40,061 nucleotides of DNA from Halocafeteria seosinensis (Eukaryota), in NCBI GenBank assembly GCA_001687465.1, contig LVLI01000233.1, positions 186,001-226,061 of the forward strand, read 5' to 3'. Positions 11,409 to 23,160 of the stretch are shown one piece after another. Each line of letters opens with the position of its first letter. The first letter of the stretch is position 1. The position numbers were made by a program, and so were the translations under genes. The notes beneath the pieces are model-generated. The model worked only from the letters and a program-made list of their open reading frames with translations, did no database searches and was not told the DNA's origin.

Positions 11409-12804
11409 TTTGACCGCAGCAGAGGCGCAAGTAGTGGTTGGATCTCTTCCGAAAGGTGGTATCTCCAAGCACTCACAACACCAACACTTGAGTTTTCACG
11501 CGTCGTCGCTTCAACCGAGTGCTTACACCCTGTAATCGAATTATGGCCCACAATGCAAACAGATGGTCACCCGTCACCAAACCACACCTGCTGGTACCGA
11601 GGCGCAAGAACTTGAGCATTGCTTCAAACGAAGCCGTTCTTCTCTTGTGTTCACATAATACAAATATACAGATGATCATCCCATCGATCACGTAAGTTCC
11701 GATGTGCTCGGCAAAATAAGCCTCTGGCAGCATGCTCTTTCCCCTAAAGCTCCCCCGTAAGACCCTTTTTGTTATCGACGTTCACGTTTCTCGCAACACA
11801 TGACGGATGTCAACCAGTTATACGAGGCAAACCTACGTGAAGCGAACAAAAACGGTTCTTACAACCAAATCAAATGCTCGTCTTGGCCATGCCAAGGCCC
11901 AACAAGTGTATGCAGAGGCAAAAAACAGAGGGAAGACGTACACTAGTTCGGATAAACTCTTTTCTTAGGGGTATACAGCCCTTAATTGCGCTGCTGAGAC
12001 TAGTCAGAGACTGATCTCTAACACATGAAGACTCTCTTTCTGACGCACGTGTTTAAGAATATTCCTATGGAGCCGAACCTGCCGCTGACAGATGATGTGC
12101 TGTCGCTCGATGGACGCTCCGGCAAGGCGTCAAACATTTCTTGCTCGGCAACGGACGTTCAGAGAAGCTTCTGTCACGCGATACAGGAGCTATGTGCGTA
12201 GTAGAAGGTACTAGCACGCAAGACGGAAGTTGCGCATGGAGCAATGGTAAGTTAAGTTTGGTTGGAACGGTGGTGAGATTAAAACCGCAGAAGCTGAGCG
12301 ATATGTCGAGTCAGCAATGGTATCCAGGGTAAGTCAATGGATAACAGCGTAAAATCATGTAGTAGAGGCAATGAGAACAGCATGTGCATTTTCGCATAGA
12401 CGGAGCAGCAGCGATCTCTCCCTTCACTTGGTCTTGTGTGTTTGCATCAACCATAAACTAAGACTATCTTCCGGATACACGTTCCATATTCAACACAGAC
12501 AATGGCAAGTACGAAAACAAAGTTGACAATCATGCTCTATGTGCCGCTTTGACGCTGTATCGTAATCTGCCGACGAAGAACCGACATTCCCTTTTCGTGG
12601 CCTTCTTGTAGGGGTATCCAACACTATCGGTCGGGAGTTTTGTGAAGTTGCAGTATCGGCGCGCGCTTTTCCGAACGTTGGGCGCATTTCCTCATGTCTT
12701 CATGCAGGGACATTGTCTTTGTGTGCTGGTTTTCACTGATACAATCATAGTTCAATCGTCTTTTCTGGAATATCGCAGTTGGAGCGTGTCGTTGGAGAAA
12801 GAAA

Positions 12805-15800
12805 ATGGCGGACCGCCTTCGAGTCCATTTGTCGCATGGGCTCCTGGACGATCCCTTGGTGTATTCATGCTATAAGGGCGACCATACAGCAGAGGAGCTA
12901 ATTTTGGCACGGGTACCAGACTGGAAAATTATTCTGAAGCCCGTACTCCCTGAAGATGTCGAAGGAAACGAGGAACATGCAGAGACAATGGAGACCCTAT
13001 TCACGCCGTATGCACATACGTTGCCGCCCCAGAACACGTCTCGAAACAATTTAGGAAGCACCTTTGGGAGCACCCAAAGCGTGAACGAGGAAACGCAAAA
13101 CTCACACCAACGGAAAAACAAGGGCCAGACAATACTACATGCCGCGGCATATTTTGGAAATAGAACACTCCTTCAAAGTCTTCTCGAATTGCCGCAGAGT
13201 TTCTTGAAGCAACGGCTGGAACAATTGCGCCTCAAGGTCCGTCACTGGGCATGTGATCACAATGTCACAGTGATGGCTGGTGCTGCAAAGCAGCTCTTTG
13301 AAGAGGATGCGGCTTTGGAAAGAAGTAATCTTCCTCAAGCTGAGCGCGAACGGATAGAGAAGAACAAAAGGATGCAGCGCCGACTCGTGGAATCACTCGA
13401 GGATATTGAGCGCCTTAAAGTTATTCATAAGGAAATATCATACCAGTCTATGCTTAGCAATTTAGACGCAATAGGAAGGTGTCCATTGCACTACTGTGCT
13501 TCTTCCAAAGAGGCTCTCAGCTGTGATACTCTACTGAGTGTGGAACAGTACGCCGGAGATTTCAGCGGTGTAGGGATAAGTGGTAGACCATTGTTCCCCA
13601 AAGATGCAAGGATTTGCCTTGTGACGGGAAGTGTCCTCCCTGAGGAAGTTCTTCAACAAGACAAGTCGCCCCAACTCCTACCCCCAATGTATCAGGAGGC
13701 GTTGGAATGGTGTGAATGTGCGCTTAAACAAACGGGACACCCAGAGTACTCAGCAGACATTTCTGAAACTTCGCTTCTTCTGCATACTTTTTCATGCTTG
13801 CAAGGGATGGAAGACGTGCTTAACACGCCGTCTCAATTAGGGAAAGACCCTACTCTGGGTGGAACTCTAGCTCAGCCTCCGTCGGTATCAGTTCGCTCAA
13901 TCGAAAGACAGCGGCAGAGAATCGTGCAGTTAGGCGAACGTCGTTCAGGAGGGGCACCATTGCACGTTGCAGCTGTATGCGACAATGTCAGGGCTATCCG
14001 GTGTCTTCTTCATCATGGAGCTCGCCCTGATGCAGAAATGGAAGGAGGGATCACTCCCATAGAGCTAGCAACGGAAGCATTGGCTAAGAATGTTCAAAAC
14101 CCGCTTCGAAGAGCGGTGGAGCAGGCGTGTGGAGTGTATGGTACGTCGAAACAGACTACGCAGACAAGTGATGGTGTTACGGCCGACACGAACAACCTCC
14201 TAGATCAATTCAGTATGGGGGTTTCTGCCCGTTCTCGGGGAGTTGCCGGAGGTATCCCTCTGGGTACCGGCCTTCACGCTGCTGCAGAATATGGTCGAGG
14301 AGAGCTCGTCAAGCTATTCGTTGAGAATGGTGCGGACGTAGACGAGCTCGATGCCAACGGAATGAGTCCACTCATGCTTGCTGCCGCCCACTCGAGGGGT
14401 GGGGAGCGATATCGGAACGTCGCAGAGGCGCTGATCGAAGCGGGAGCGGATGTTAACGCTACGTCATCCATGCAGAGAACCGCTTTGCATTTTACAGCAG
14501 CTGCTACTTCGTTTCCAGTTTCGAAACAGCATCTTGTGGACCCTGTTCCTCACAGATGCGACGAGTCCACGCAAGACGCAACCCAACATTGCACTGGAGC
14601 AATGATAGCCCTGTTGGTACACGCAGGAGCGATCATTGATGCTCGAGACCACAGGGGTGATACGCCTCTACATTATGCTGCATACCACAATAACTACGTG
14701 GCTGTGGATGTGTTGCTCCGATTGGGCGCATACATCTACGCCAAAAATACGCTGAATAACACTGCAATGCATGTAGGCTCCTTCGTGGGAGCAAAGCAGG
14801 TACTGCGGCAATTGGCAAGATTTGACTGTGAGTTTGGGATGCTTAAGAGCTTGCGTAATTCACAAAATAAATACGCGTTTGACATTGCTAAATCGGATGA
14901 CGTCCGCAAAGCCATGGACTCAATTTGGGAGTGTGCTGCGGCGGGGAAGCTAAATAAGATATATCAGATGTTCCGTGATGCAGAATTAGCGCGCCAGCGA
15001 TCAGGAAAATATGGTGACGAGCATGGTTCCGAGGTTTTGGTGGGGATGTGGAGGATCCAGCAACCATGGGAGACGACGCGCGTATTGAAAAGAGGGCTGC
15101 TTCACTGCTTAATAATTGGCTGCGCTCGTAAACGCCGAGAGCTGTGGATGAGTTCCATTGAGAGCAAGTCGAAAGGCCAACGATCAAATCCTTGGACAGA
15201 TTTTCGGCATGTCGAAGTAGGCATGGGTGACACTAAGGGTGCATTTGCCCGTGGCACTTCTGGTAGTCTTAAAGGTATCTCTCTGAGGAGTGGCACCGGT
15301 TTACCATCGGTTACGGGGCCATTGGCGAGAAGTATTAGCGGAGTTCGGCAACCAAACGATCCTGATCTGGAGCCTCCCACACCGTCATCCGCCAACCTGG
15401 ATGCTGGTTTGGGTTATTTTTACAACAGGTATGGGAAGTTGGATGAGCATTACTCGCTCTACCCGGAGAAACGGGCCCGTGATAAAAAGCTGCCGGGGGT
15501 AACAGTTGACTGGCAAGAAGTATACAATAAAGATGCAGAACTTCAAAGACACTATGGGAGAATGGCTGGAATCATGGTTAAACAAGGAGGATTAGATTTG
15601 GACGGAGGGGATGTAGATGGTGTAACTCCAATCATGCTCGCTGCCCGCTATGGCGTGGTCGAGTTAATGAAGGCGTTGATAAACTTGGGAGCCAGTATAG
15701 GTAGCTGCGATAACGAGGGAAACTCAGCCCTACACTGGGCTTACGCATATAATCAAAAGCAAGTATGTAACGTTCTCGAAAATATCGATCTGAGGAGGAG

Positions 15801-16101
15801 TGAGCAGCAGGGGAAAACGACAGAAGTGGAGGCCGACACCGATAATTATCAACATCGAAGGCGCCATTGCCAGCTTTTGAACATACGGAACAACAACGGG
15901 CTGGTCGCAGATGAGGTCGCTGGAGAAAAATGGCAAATACTGGAGACATGTACAGAGCAATTATTGGAGATCGCGCATCCTCCAATGGAAAGTGAGAGCT
16001 TGTGTGTCTCGCACCCTGAGGAACTAAGTAGAACAACACTCATAAAAGACGCTCTACAGGAACGGACCTTGAAACTCACTACGACGAGGCGTGGGAGTTA
16101 G
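12805..16101 (+). CDS. Large ankyrin-repeat protein (at least 1098 aa), 5' end possibly extended by upstream exons
   Basis: Uninterrupted ORF with dispersed ankyrin units (GQTILHAAA, GRCPLHYCA, GAPLHVAA, TGLHAAAEYG, GMSPLMLAA, RTALHF, GDTPLHYAA, GVTPIMLAARYG, GNSALHWA). An acceptor-like TCGCAG ending at 12778 precedes an open in-frame stretch before the ATG. Confidence 0.85.
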   Translation: MADRLRVHLSHGLLDDPLVYSCYKGDHTAEELILARVPDWKIILKPVLPEDVEGNEEHAETMETLFTPYAHTLPPQNTSRNNLGSTFGSTQSVNEETQNSHQRKNKGQTILHAAAYFGNRTLLQSLLELPQSFLKQRLEQLRLKVRHWACDHNVTVMAGAAKQLFEEDAALERSNLPQAERERIEKNKRMQRRLVESLEDIERLKVIHKEISYQSMLSNLDAIGRCPLHYCASSKEALSCDTLLSVEQYAGDFSGVGISGRPLFPKDARICLVTGSVLPEEVLQQDKSPQLLPPMYQEALEWCECALKQTGHPEYSADISETSLLLHTFSCLQGMEDVLNTPSQLGKDPTLGGTLAQPPSVSVRSIERQRQRIVQLGERRSGGAPLHVAAVCDNVRAIRCLLHHGARPDAEMEGGITPIELATEALAKNVQNPLRRAVEQACGVYGTSKQTTQTSDGVTADTNNLLDQFSMGVSARSRGVAGGIPLGTGLHAAAEYGRGELVKLFVENGADVDELDANGMSPLMLAAAHSRGGERYRNVAEALIEAGADVNATSSMQRTALHFTAAATSFPVSKQHLVDPVPHRCDESTQDATQHCTGAMIALLVHAGAIIDARDHRGDTPLHYAAYHNNYVAVDVLLRLGAYIYAKNTLNNTAMHVGSFVGAKQVLRQLARFDCEFGMLKSLRNSQNKYAFDIAKSDDVRKAMDSIWECAAAGKLNKIYQMFRDAELARQRSGKYGDEHGSEVLVGMWRIQQPWETTRVLKRGLLHCLIIGCARKRRELWMSSIESKSKGQRSNPWTDFRHVEVGMGDTKGAFARGTSGSLKGISLRSGTGLPSVTGPLARSISGVRQPNDPDLEPPTPSSANLDAGLGYFYNRYGKLDEHYSLYPEKRARDKKLPGVTVDWQEVYNKDAELQRHYGRMAGIMVKQGGLDLDGGDVDGVTPIMLAARYGVVELMKALINLGASIGSCDNEGNSALHWAYAYNQKQVCNVLENIDLRRSEQQGKTTEVEADTDNYQHRRRHCQLLNIRNNNGLVADEVAGEKWQILETCTEQLLEIAHPPMESESLCVSHPEELSRTTLIKDALQERTLKLTTTRRGS

Positions 16102-16274
16102 AGCGAGATTGGCGCCATAACCCAGTCATATGCATACGCATCTCTGGTCTCACTGGAAGAGAAGACCTTCTTAAGTGACAGACGTTGAGCATACCATCTC
16201 ATACCGAGCCGAATAACTTCCGCGTTTTCGCAAGTTGGAATTAGAAGCTCGACGACGTATTTCGCTGTCTCTCT

Positions 16275-17485
16275 TCACTGATCGCGTATATCAACTTTAC
16301 ATACGGGACATTCCGCTTTGCCTTGTGAGAGCCAAGGGTCAATGCATTCACTGTGAAACTGGTGCAGGCAAGGCAGAATCCGCAATTGTTCCCCATTCTC
16401 GAAGTAGGCTAGGCATATGGAGCACTTTCGTTTTAATTCTTTATCAGGATCCTCTTCATCTCCTGCAGTTTGAGTAGTTTCTTCTTGTTCTTTTGCTCGA
16501 GGGGCTTCGTACGTATACGTGGGTAACCGATTAATCTCATGCCCTGATGCACGTTGCAGTACTTGAGTAGGAGTGTCTTCATCCAGAGCAAGCAACCGTT
16601 CATAGTCTGAGTAGAGAAGAGTAGAGAGAATGTAACATTGTTTTGGGGATTTGAAACATTGCAGGTCGTACCTTGATCCGTGAAATTCCCTTCGTTCATC
16701 ATCAAAGCCAGATTTCGCCACGGGATGCGTTGCCCTGAGCGTGTTCGGTACACGTTGCGAACGTGGCGTGAATACGCAATGTTTGGAGTTCCCTCCGAAG
16801 AATTATCTGGTTGGAACGATAGTCTGGTCACTATGGCAGCCAAAAAGGTGATAAGCCAAGTCATAAAGAGTAGTCCAATTATCGTAGGGTACCTCCTCAA
16901 GAAAATCACACTTATAATAGCCCAGCAAAATGCAAACCCTTGTATACAAGGCATGCAGCCAAGTGCGGCACAGAAACACTGACCGCAGCTTCCTCGGCAA
17001 CGAACACAGTTCCAGAATGCCCTTTGGATCCGTGCAATTACACCAGGCCTGTTTTCTCCGGCTTCCACCTCCGTCGTTCCGTCATCTACTCTGTGCCAGA
17101 ATAGTGCCCCTCGTCTGCTATACCTCGTATTCCTGTTCATTACCGGTGCTCGTGCGCCGTTGGAGGAATCTCTATCGTGGAAGTGGTCTGAGGCTTCCTG
17201 TACAAAGGAAGAGGACGAGGAATCTGCGGCTGATGTTTGACTTGATCCGAACCAACGCGAAAATACGCCACGCTCGGTCTCGGCGTTGCTGTTTCCAAAT
17301 ATGTCTGTCAAATCAATTTCAGCCGTATCGTTATTGATCTGCAAAGACAAAAAGTACGCCATAAATTTAGTGAGAGGCTTGGAACGGGTAATACTGGCTC
17401 GACGTACCAGGAGAGGTGTTGTTTCCTCCTGTCTACGGTCCGTCATTTGCACCCTAACCACCCTAGTCGAAAGGGAAGAAGACAC
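16275..17485 (-). CDS. Membrane-anchored RING-H2 E3 ubiquitin ligase, SDIR1-like
   Basis: Intron 16671-16607 joins the two ORFs to give NLALMMNEGNFTDQDYERLLALDE...EINRLPTYTY...CSICLAYFENGEQLRILPCLHQFHSECIDPWL...CPVCK. Two hydrophobic helices lie upstream. A further probable in-frame intron is 17407-17339. Confidence 0.9.
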
Positions 17486-18549
17486 TAGCTATTCAAGTAG
17501 TTTCAAGTAACCGTATCAATGGTGAATCTAACAAATACTTTACCGTGGTGCATGCAAACGCCCCCTTTGAAGGCGATCAAAAGCTGCGACGGTGCAACTT
17601 CAACTTGCGAGCAGGGAAGATTCTCGGAACTCAGAAGAACATTGGGTGTTGAACCACGCCGTTGATACGCTAAGGAGTATCTATGCAGGGGAGACACTAG
17701 GGAGCTCTTTCACGGAGCTATTACACGGGGTGAAGATCCCCCAACTACTTTCTTTCAGAGAGTAGGCCCCATGAATACATTCCAACCCCGGGTACGGACT
17801 TGCTCTTGCTTGGCGACTATGTGGTCAACTTCCCGGCCGGTGGGCTATCTGTCACATTTGTGTGTGTGTTGGCGACTTGGTGTGGAGAGAATGTCAGAGA
17901 CTGACTGCTGAGTAGAGTGTCAAGCAGTATCAAGATGTGGATATCAGTGTACGAAAAAATCACCAAGGTAATCGCATCGCCCATTATTGTGACACCAGAT
18001 TGCAGCTCAACAGCGGACAATTGTAAACTTACATCACAGTGATGTAGTCAGTGACCGAGATCAGTGGGATGAATCAGCTTTAGTTAGGGGGACAACAACG
18101 TTATACGCTTTGGACGGCGCCGGTTGTAGTGAAGATGACAGTTTTAATCTTTTGACGATACGATTCTAGTTAGCGTTTCTACAACCTACACAATAATGCC
18201 TCAGGGCCCGAAATTCGAAAGAAATGTAATCGTTTTGATTGGTAAACAAATAGATATGGATGGTATCAACTGCAATACAGTACCCAGCAACTTCTTACAA
18301 CTCATGTTCATCACTCATGACTCGCTGTGGTATCTTCACAGAAAATCTCCATTACCATATGGTAGGTTTCCTCTGCGCATTTACCTAGTCATGCCTGCTT
18401 TCTTTGGCTTGCCAAAATGAATTAATTGATCACCCTAGAGTTTGGTACTAGAACCAGGGCGAGTTGGGAGGGATATATTCCCATGACTTCATTAGAGTAG
18501 CACACTACGGAAGGGTGTTTGCCCACGTCACACGAGCTGTGGGAGAGAT

Positions 18550-21500
18550 ATGAGTGGTTCCCAGGGCCGTGTATTGGAGTCGACAGACCCAGCTGCCGAG
18601 GACATTACTCTCGATGGGTTTTTGTCCTCCTTTTACATCAACTTGTTTATGTTTACATCGTTTATGGTAGCCATCAGCATCGTCCGACGGCAAGTGCCAG
18701 AGTTCTTCCATCCCAGACTGTATTCAGTGGATGACAAGGGAGCTGTTTTTAAGGTCAATTTACCAGGAGGGAAGAAAGAGAAGGAAAGCGATACCAAGAG
18801 GATTGATCGACTCAATGCGGCTACCAACGTTAAGTACGTACTTACCACCTCAGGGTTTCAGAATCACAGTACCAACTCACCGACGTGTCCTTCAATTGGC
18901 ATTTTTCCAGAACTCGAAGTGATGGGCAAGGTCCTCCAGTAATTCCCGAAAAATGGTTTGGATTATACTGGATCTACTTCATTTGGAAGATGCCAAACGA
19001 GACAGTATTGAAAACAGTGTAAGGGTTGTACTCTTATTTAGTGTTTCTTGCTCTGCTACCGCTTCTGTCTGCTCAACGCAGTGGTTTGGATGCCTACATG
19101 TTCCTTAGATTTGCTCATCGAGCTAGTCAGTTATTTGGAATAGTATGCCTGCTGTGGGGATGCGGCCTAATTCTCCCCATCAACTATGAATTAGGCGAGA
19201 GAGAAGAACTTGGGTTTGATCGCCTTTCGTTATCTCATATCGACGTGGGTCAGCCAATTTTATGGGTTCATGCTGGATCGACGTGGGTTTTTACGTTGTC
19301 AACGTTTGCCATATTATTAGAGCTTGGACGAGAATTTGCAATATTGCGGCATAGATATTTGCGGTATAATCTCTATCATCGGACCGCGTACGGTACTGAT
19401 CAACGTGTGGCGGCCGAAGATAAGGAGCACAAGCGACAAGAGGAGAAAAGCTCAGCGATGAAAGGCGCTTCTGCTACGGCGCCAGTTGCGAGCACATCTT
19501 TTCATAGTAGGCAGGGTGAAAGACGGCCTTCTAATCTAATGACCTTGTCCAACAAGCTGCCACCGTGGGTGAAGGAAAGCGGTCCTCAAGAAGAACAGGG
19601 GTCCCCATATGTGTTAAACCCACGTCCTTATACCGTTATGGTGGAAAATCTTCCCGCATGGGTGGACTGTGATGCACAACTATACTTCTTTTTCGATTTT
19701 CTCTTCCCAGGGGAAGTCTACAGTGTCTCCCTGGTTACGAATGCAAGTAAAGTCGATGCTGTATGGAGAGATAGAAATGAGTTCTTGCGTTCTTTGGAAG
19801 AATGCGATCATTTGAAGAGTAAGAACCTCGAGCGTTCAGTGCGTCGGATGGCCGTATCCGCAGATAAAGACACTCCGCAAGGTTTGTGCATTGATAGGGA
19901 ATACTTCCTATTTTGTGCTATTCAACTGGGTTTCTCGATCATTTGCAGGTTCATCAGCGACTGTTCAAGATTCTCCTTCAACAGTCACCAATGAAAGTAC
20001 AGTCACAATGATAATTTGCCCCTCGGGGACTCAATGGCTTGTAGATTTGCTATGTTGCGGCCCTTTCACGGCGAAATTATGCTGCGGGTGTTATCAAAGG
20101 GTTTGCCGTTGCTGCGATGATGGTGGCAAACATGAAGGCTCGATCCTCAGCCAGATGGAAGAGGACTATAATGATAGCAGCAGTGATGAAGAGCCAGTAG
20201 AAGTGTCTTCTCGGAGGCGAACAGTGACGGAAGCGTTACCTCATATGACTCAAAGGCGTTGCTGCCAGAAGCCGTACAGAGTTAAAGCGAGAGCTTATTT
20301 GGAAAAGCTTGTAGATATTCACTCGCAGAAACTTAATACTCTTCGTAAACGCGCCCAAGCTCAATTAAGACGGCGAGGTAGTGCCGAGCTGGTGGGATCG
20401 AAGGTACTAGAGGATACGGAGGACTCAGAGTTGCCTTCTGATGACACCACTGAAGCGTCCGCAGTGGAAGATGATGCGGAAAGCAGACCTGGAGCTGAAA
20501 CCAAGTCTATTGATCTCGAGATTACTCAGCGCCCGGACCATAGCTCATCATCCGCGGGTGCCCAAGCCAATCCACACGATAAGGGAGCGGCGGAAACACG
20601 GCCGAAGAAGCGCGTCACGCATCGACGTGTAGCCGATGATACCAAACATGATAACCAGTTCCAAAAGTTTGGGAGAAAAATGGCTAACGTCGGCAGAGGA
20701 GTTTATGACCGCGTAGCGTACACCACTGAAATGATTACGGGTGTGGACTGGAGAACGCGTTACGGAGACGGTCCACAAGGTGGTTTTCGTCCTTCATCTA
20801 CTGGGTTTGTAACACTGAGAAGCATGACCGCTGTTTCCGAAGCAGTACAGCTATCACTGGTTAAGGATCGAACAGTTTTTGATCCAGCTATGGAAAAGTT
20901 AAGTGGTACCAATGAGCCGAGACAGACAGACGGGAATGTGCTGAACTTAACTGGAAAGCGCTCTTCCCAGTGGTCGGAAAATGAGGCTATTGTATTGGCG
21001 AAGAATGTTACCTCGCACATATTTTCACCGTTTCAAGCAATTGGTGATTTATTAGACATAACTCGATACACTGGGGTCAAGGCGAAGAGGGCTCCCGGGC
21101 AAGAGGATGTAAGTCTTACTTTACTACCCATGACTTTCTCTATTTTGGGAGTCTGAGTCTCTATCATGTTTTTCTGCAGCTGTACTGGCCCCACTTGAGC
21201 GTGAAGGAACAGCTTCGGCATTCTAGAAGATGGACCACCTTTTGGATAACGATCCTGTTGCAATTCATGTACACTCTCCTTGTTTCAGCAATTTCTTCCC
21301 TGGTCTCGGTAAACAACCTAAGGGAAGTTGTCCCTGGACTAGATGCTATCGTAAATCGAAGCGCGTTCGTCCGCGGTTTCGTTGTGGGTTTTTTGCCAAC
21401 TCTGCTAATAGAGGGTATTCTTGCATTGTTACCGCTCGTCCTGGGCTTCCTCTCGTACTTGGAATATCCGCAAACGCAATCAGAATTAGATATGTCCACA

Positions 21501-22535
21501 GCCGCGAAATATTTCCAGTTCAAAACGTGGCAGCTCATGTTCGTTTTTACAATTTCTGGTACCGTGTTCGAATCCCTGAATACCATCATCAACAGACCAA
21601 AAGAAATTTTGGATGTTCTTGGGAGTGCCTTGCCGCGGTTATCGTCGTTCTACATCAATTTAGTAATGCTTCGAACGATGTCGGCCTTACCGTTCGACGT
21701 ATTGCGCCCCTTCTGGCTAATACTTCATGTAATGCAGTATCGAAGTACGCGCTTCATCTCCCCCGATTACGCTGGAAGGAGGGCATCCATCGAAGCCGGG
21801 TCATCGACTGGGACACAACCGAACACTGTGGAAACGGCAGCCACTGAGAGCGTTTCTAATCGAAAGAAACCTAAAGCTAAGCATACCTGGCAATTATGGG
21901 ATATGACTCGTCGCCAGTACTGGGAGAATATTTTACTTAGTGGGGGCGAATTCCGCTGGATTGAGCATTTTACCAATGCCTTAGTGGTCTTCTTGATAGG
22001 AATAACGTATTCGACTATAAATCCAGTTATTGCTCCAGTGGCTGCCGCATTTTTTGTTAATGCGCGTTTCGTTTGGAAATACCTTCTGCTCTACGTCCAT
22101 CACAAGTCGTGGGAGACTGGGGGCCTAGTATGGCCCAGAATGGTCCGTCGAGTGAGTGCTGCCCTAGTGGTGTACCAACTAACAATGTTAGGAATCCTCG
22201 GTCTAAAGCAGAGCGGAAGCGCCCTCCTCGTCTTGCCTCTTGTGTTTGTAACGTACGCATTTGATTTAATGATCCGTCGACGACTTGAGGAACCGGCTAT
22301 GTATTTGTCTCGAGAGGAATGTCAGGAGATCGACACCACTACTTCGTTGGTCGGTGGAAGAGGACCTCGACGACGGGTGGCAGCATTCCATTCTTTGAAC
22401 GAGTTGAGGAAAACGGAGTTGCCTGAGAACGCGCGCACGAAGTGCCCATACTCAGCATACGAGCGTCCTAGTTTGGACCCCAAACAGGACTGGAGTCCTC
22501 ACGTCATCTCTCTTCGTAATGTCCTCTACTATTGA
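18550..22535 (+). CDS. OSCA/TMEM63/CSC1 family mechanosensitive Ca2+-permeable channel
   Basis: Introns at about 18834-18910, 19019-19081, 19882-19948 and 21109-21179. N-terminal TM then FFHPR, GLDAYMFLRF, LILPINY, YTVMVENLP, TGFVT, APGQED|LYWPHL, KYFQF, LGSALP..SSFYIN, YSTINPVI, KYLLLYVH..WETGGLVWP. Confidence 0.93.
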
Positions 22536-23068
22536 GCTTCCGCGACGGTGCCGTTAAGCTCACTCTGGGCCTTATAGTAGAGGTGTACCCGCATTCGCGA
22601 GGTGAGGATGGATTGCGTCGCCTTCCAACCGGGAATTTGAAAAAAGTTAGTTGCAATTCGAGCCCCCTGGCCATACTTTTCCCGTAGGACATGCTCGATT
22701 TTCCGCAAGCCACTCGGCGTTAGATACAAAATAAATACGGTCCCATCGTCGTACGTATAATTGAGTGCATCCGCGCACTGGACGTCAATTTGTTGAATGG
22801 CGGGGTTAATGACCCCTTGGTCAATTTTATCCTGAATTCGATTCCTCGCTCTACGGCAGAGTTCCTCGTCCCACTCAATTCCAATGCCTTTCCGGCATTG
22901 ACCGTGGACGCACGCTTCCACAAGCGATCGTCCATCTCCACAACCTATATCATAGACGACATCCTCTGGATGAATATCTAACAGACGAATGCATTGAGCA
23001 ATCGCTTCGTCCGACGAAGGATTGAATGGAGCTAGAACATGTTCAGGGTCTTTGCTGTCTGCATTCAT
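22529..23068 (-). CDS. Class I SAM-dependent methyltransferase, FAM173 (ATPSCKMT/ANTKMT)-like, 179 aa
   Basis: APFNPSS, motif I VVYDIGCGDGR, GIGIEWD, ADAL, VFILYL, GARIATNFFQIPGWK and VHLY match the layout of FAM173-type protein lysine methyltransferases. Intronless. Confidence 0.85.
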   Translation of the reverse strand: MNADSKDPEHVLAPFNPSSDEAIAQCIRLLDIHPEDVVYDIGCGDGRSLVEACVHGQCRKGIGIEWDEELCRRARNRIQDKIDQGVINPAIQQIDVQCADALNYTYDDGTVFILYLTPSGLRKIEHVLREKYGQGARIATNFFQIPGWKATQSILTSRMRVHLYYKAQSELNGTVAEAQ

Positions 23069-23160
23069 ACTTCTTGTCCTTTTGGTGGTTGATGTTGATA
23101 GTTTACGGGAATGAATTGGAGTTGTTACAGACGGAGTGGGTGTCCAACTTCAAACACACG
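23069..23160. promoter_or_regulatory. Putative minimal bidirectional promoter between methyltransferase and JmjC genes
   Basis: Only 92 bp separate the two divergent ATGs (23068 on -, 23161 on +). Confidence 0.55.

Noticed and set aside
3640..16101. The two ankyrin genes as a recent duplication or functional cluster
   Set aside because: Similarity is limited to the generic ankyrin consensus; architectures and orientation differ.
17500..18549. 1-kb intergenic region with the palindrome CATCACAGTGATG (about 18032-18044) and a short GT run, considered as an ncRNA or hidden gene
   Set aside because: No complete C/D box pair, tRNA or snRNA motif, or spliceable reading frame was found. It is consistent with a divergent promoter and UTRs.
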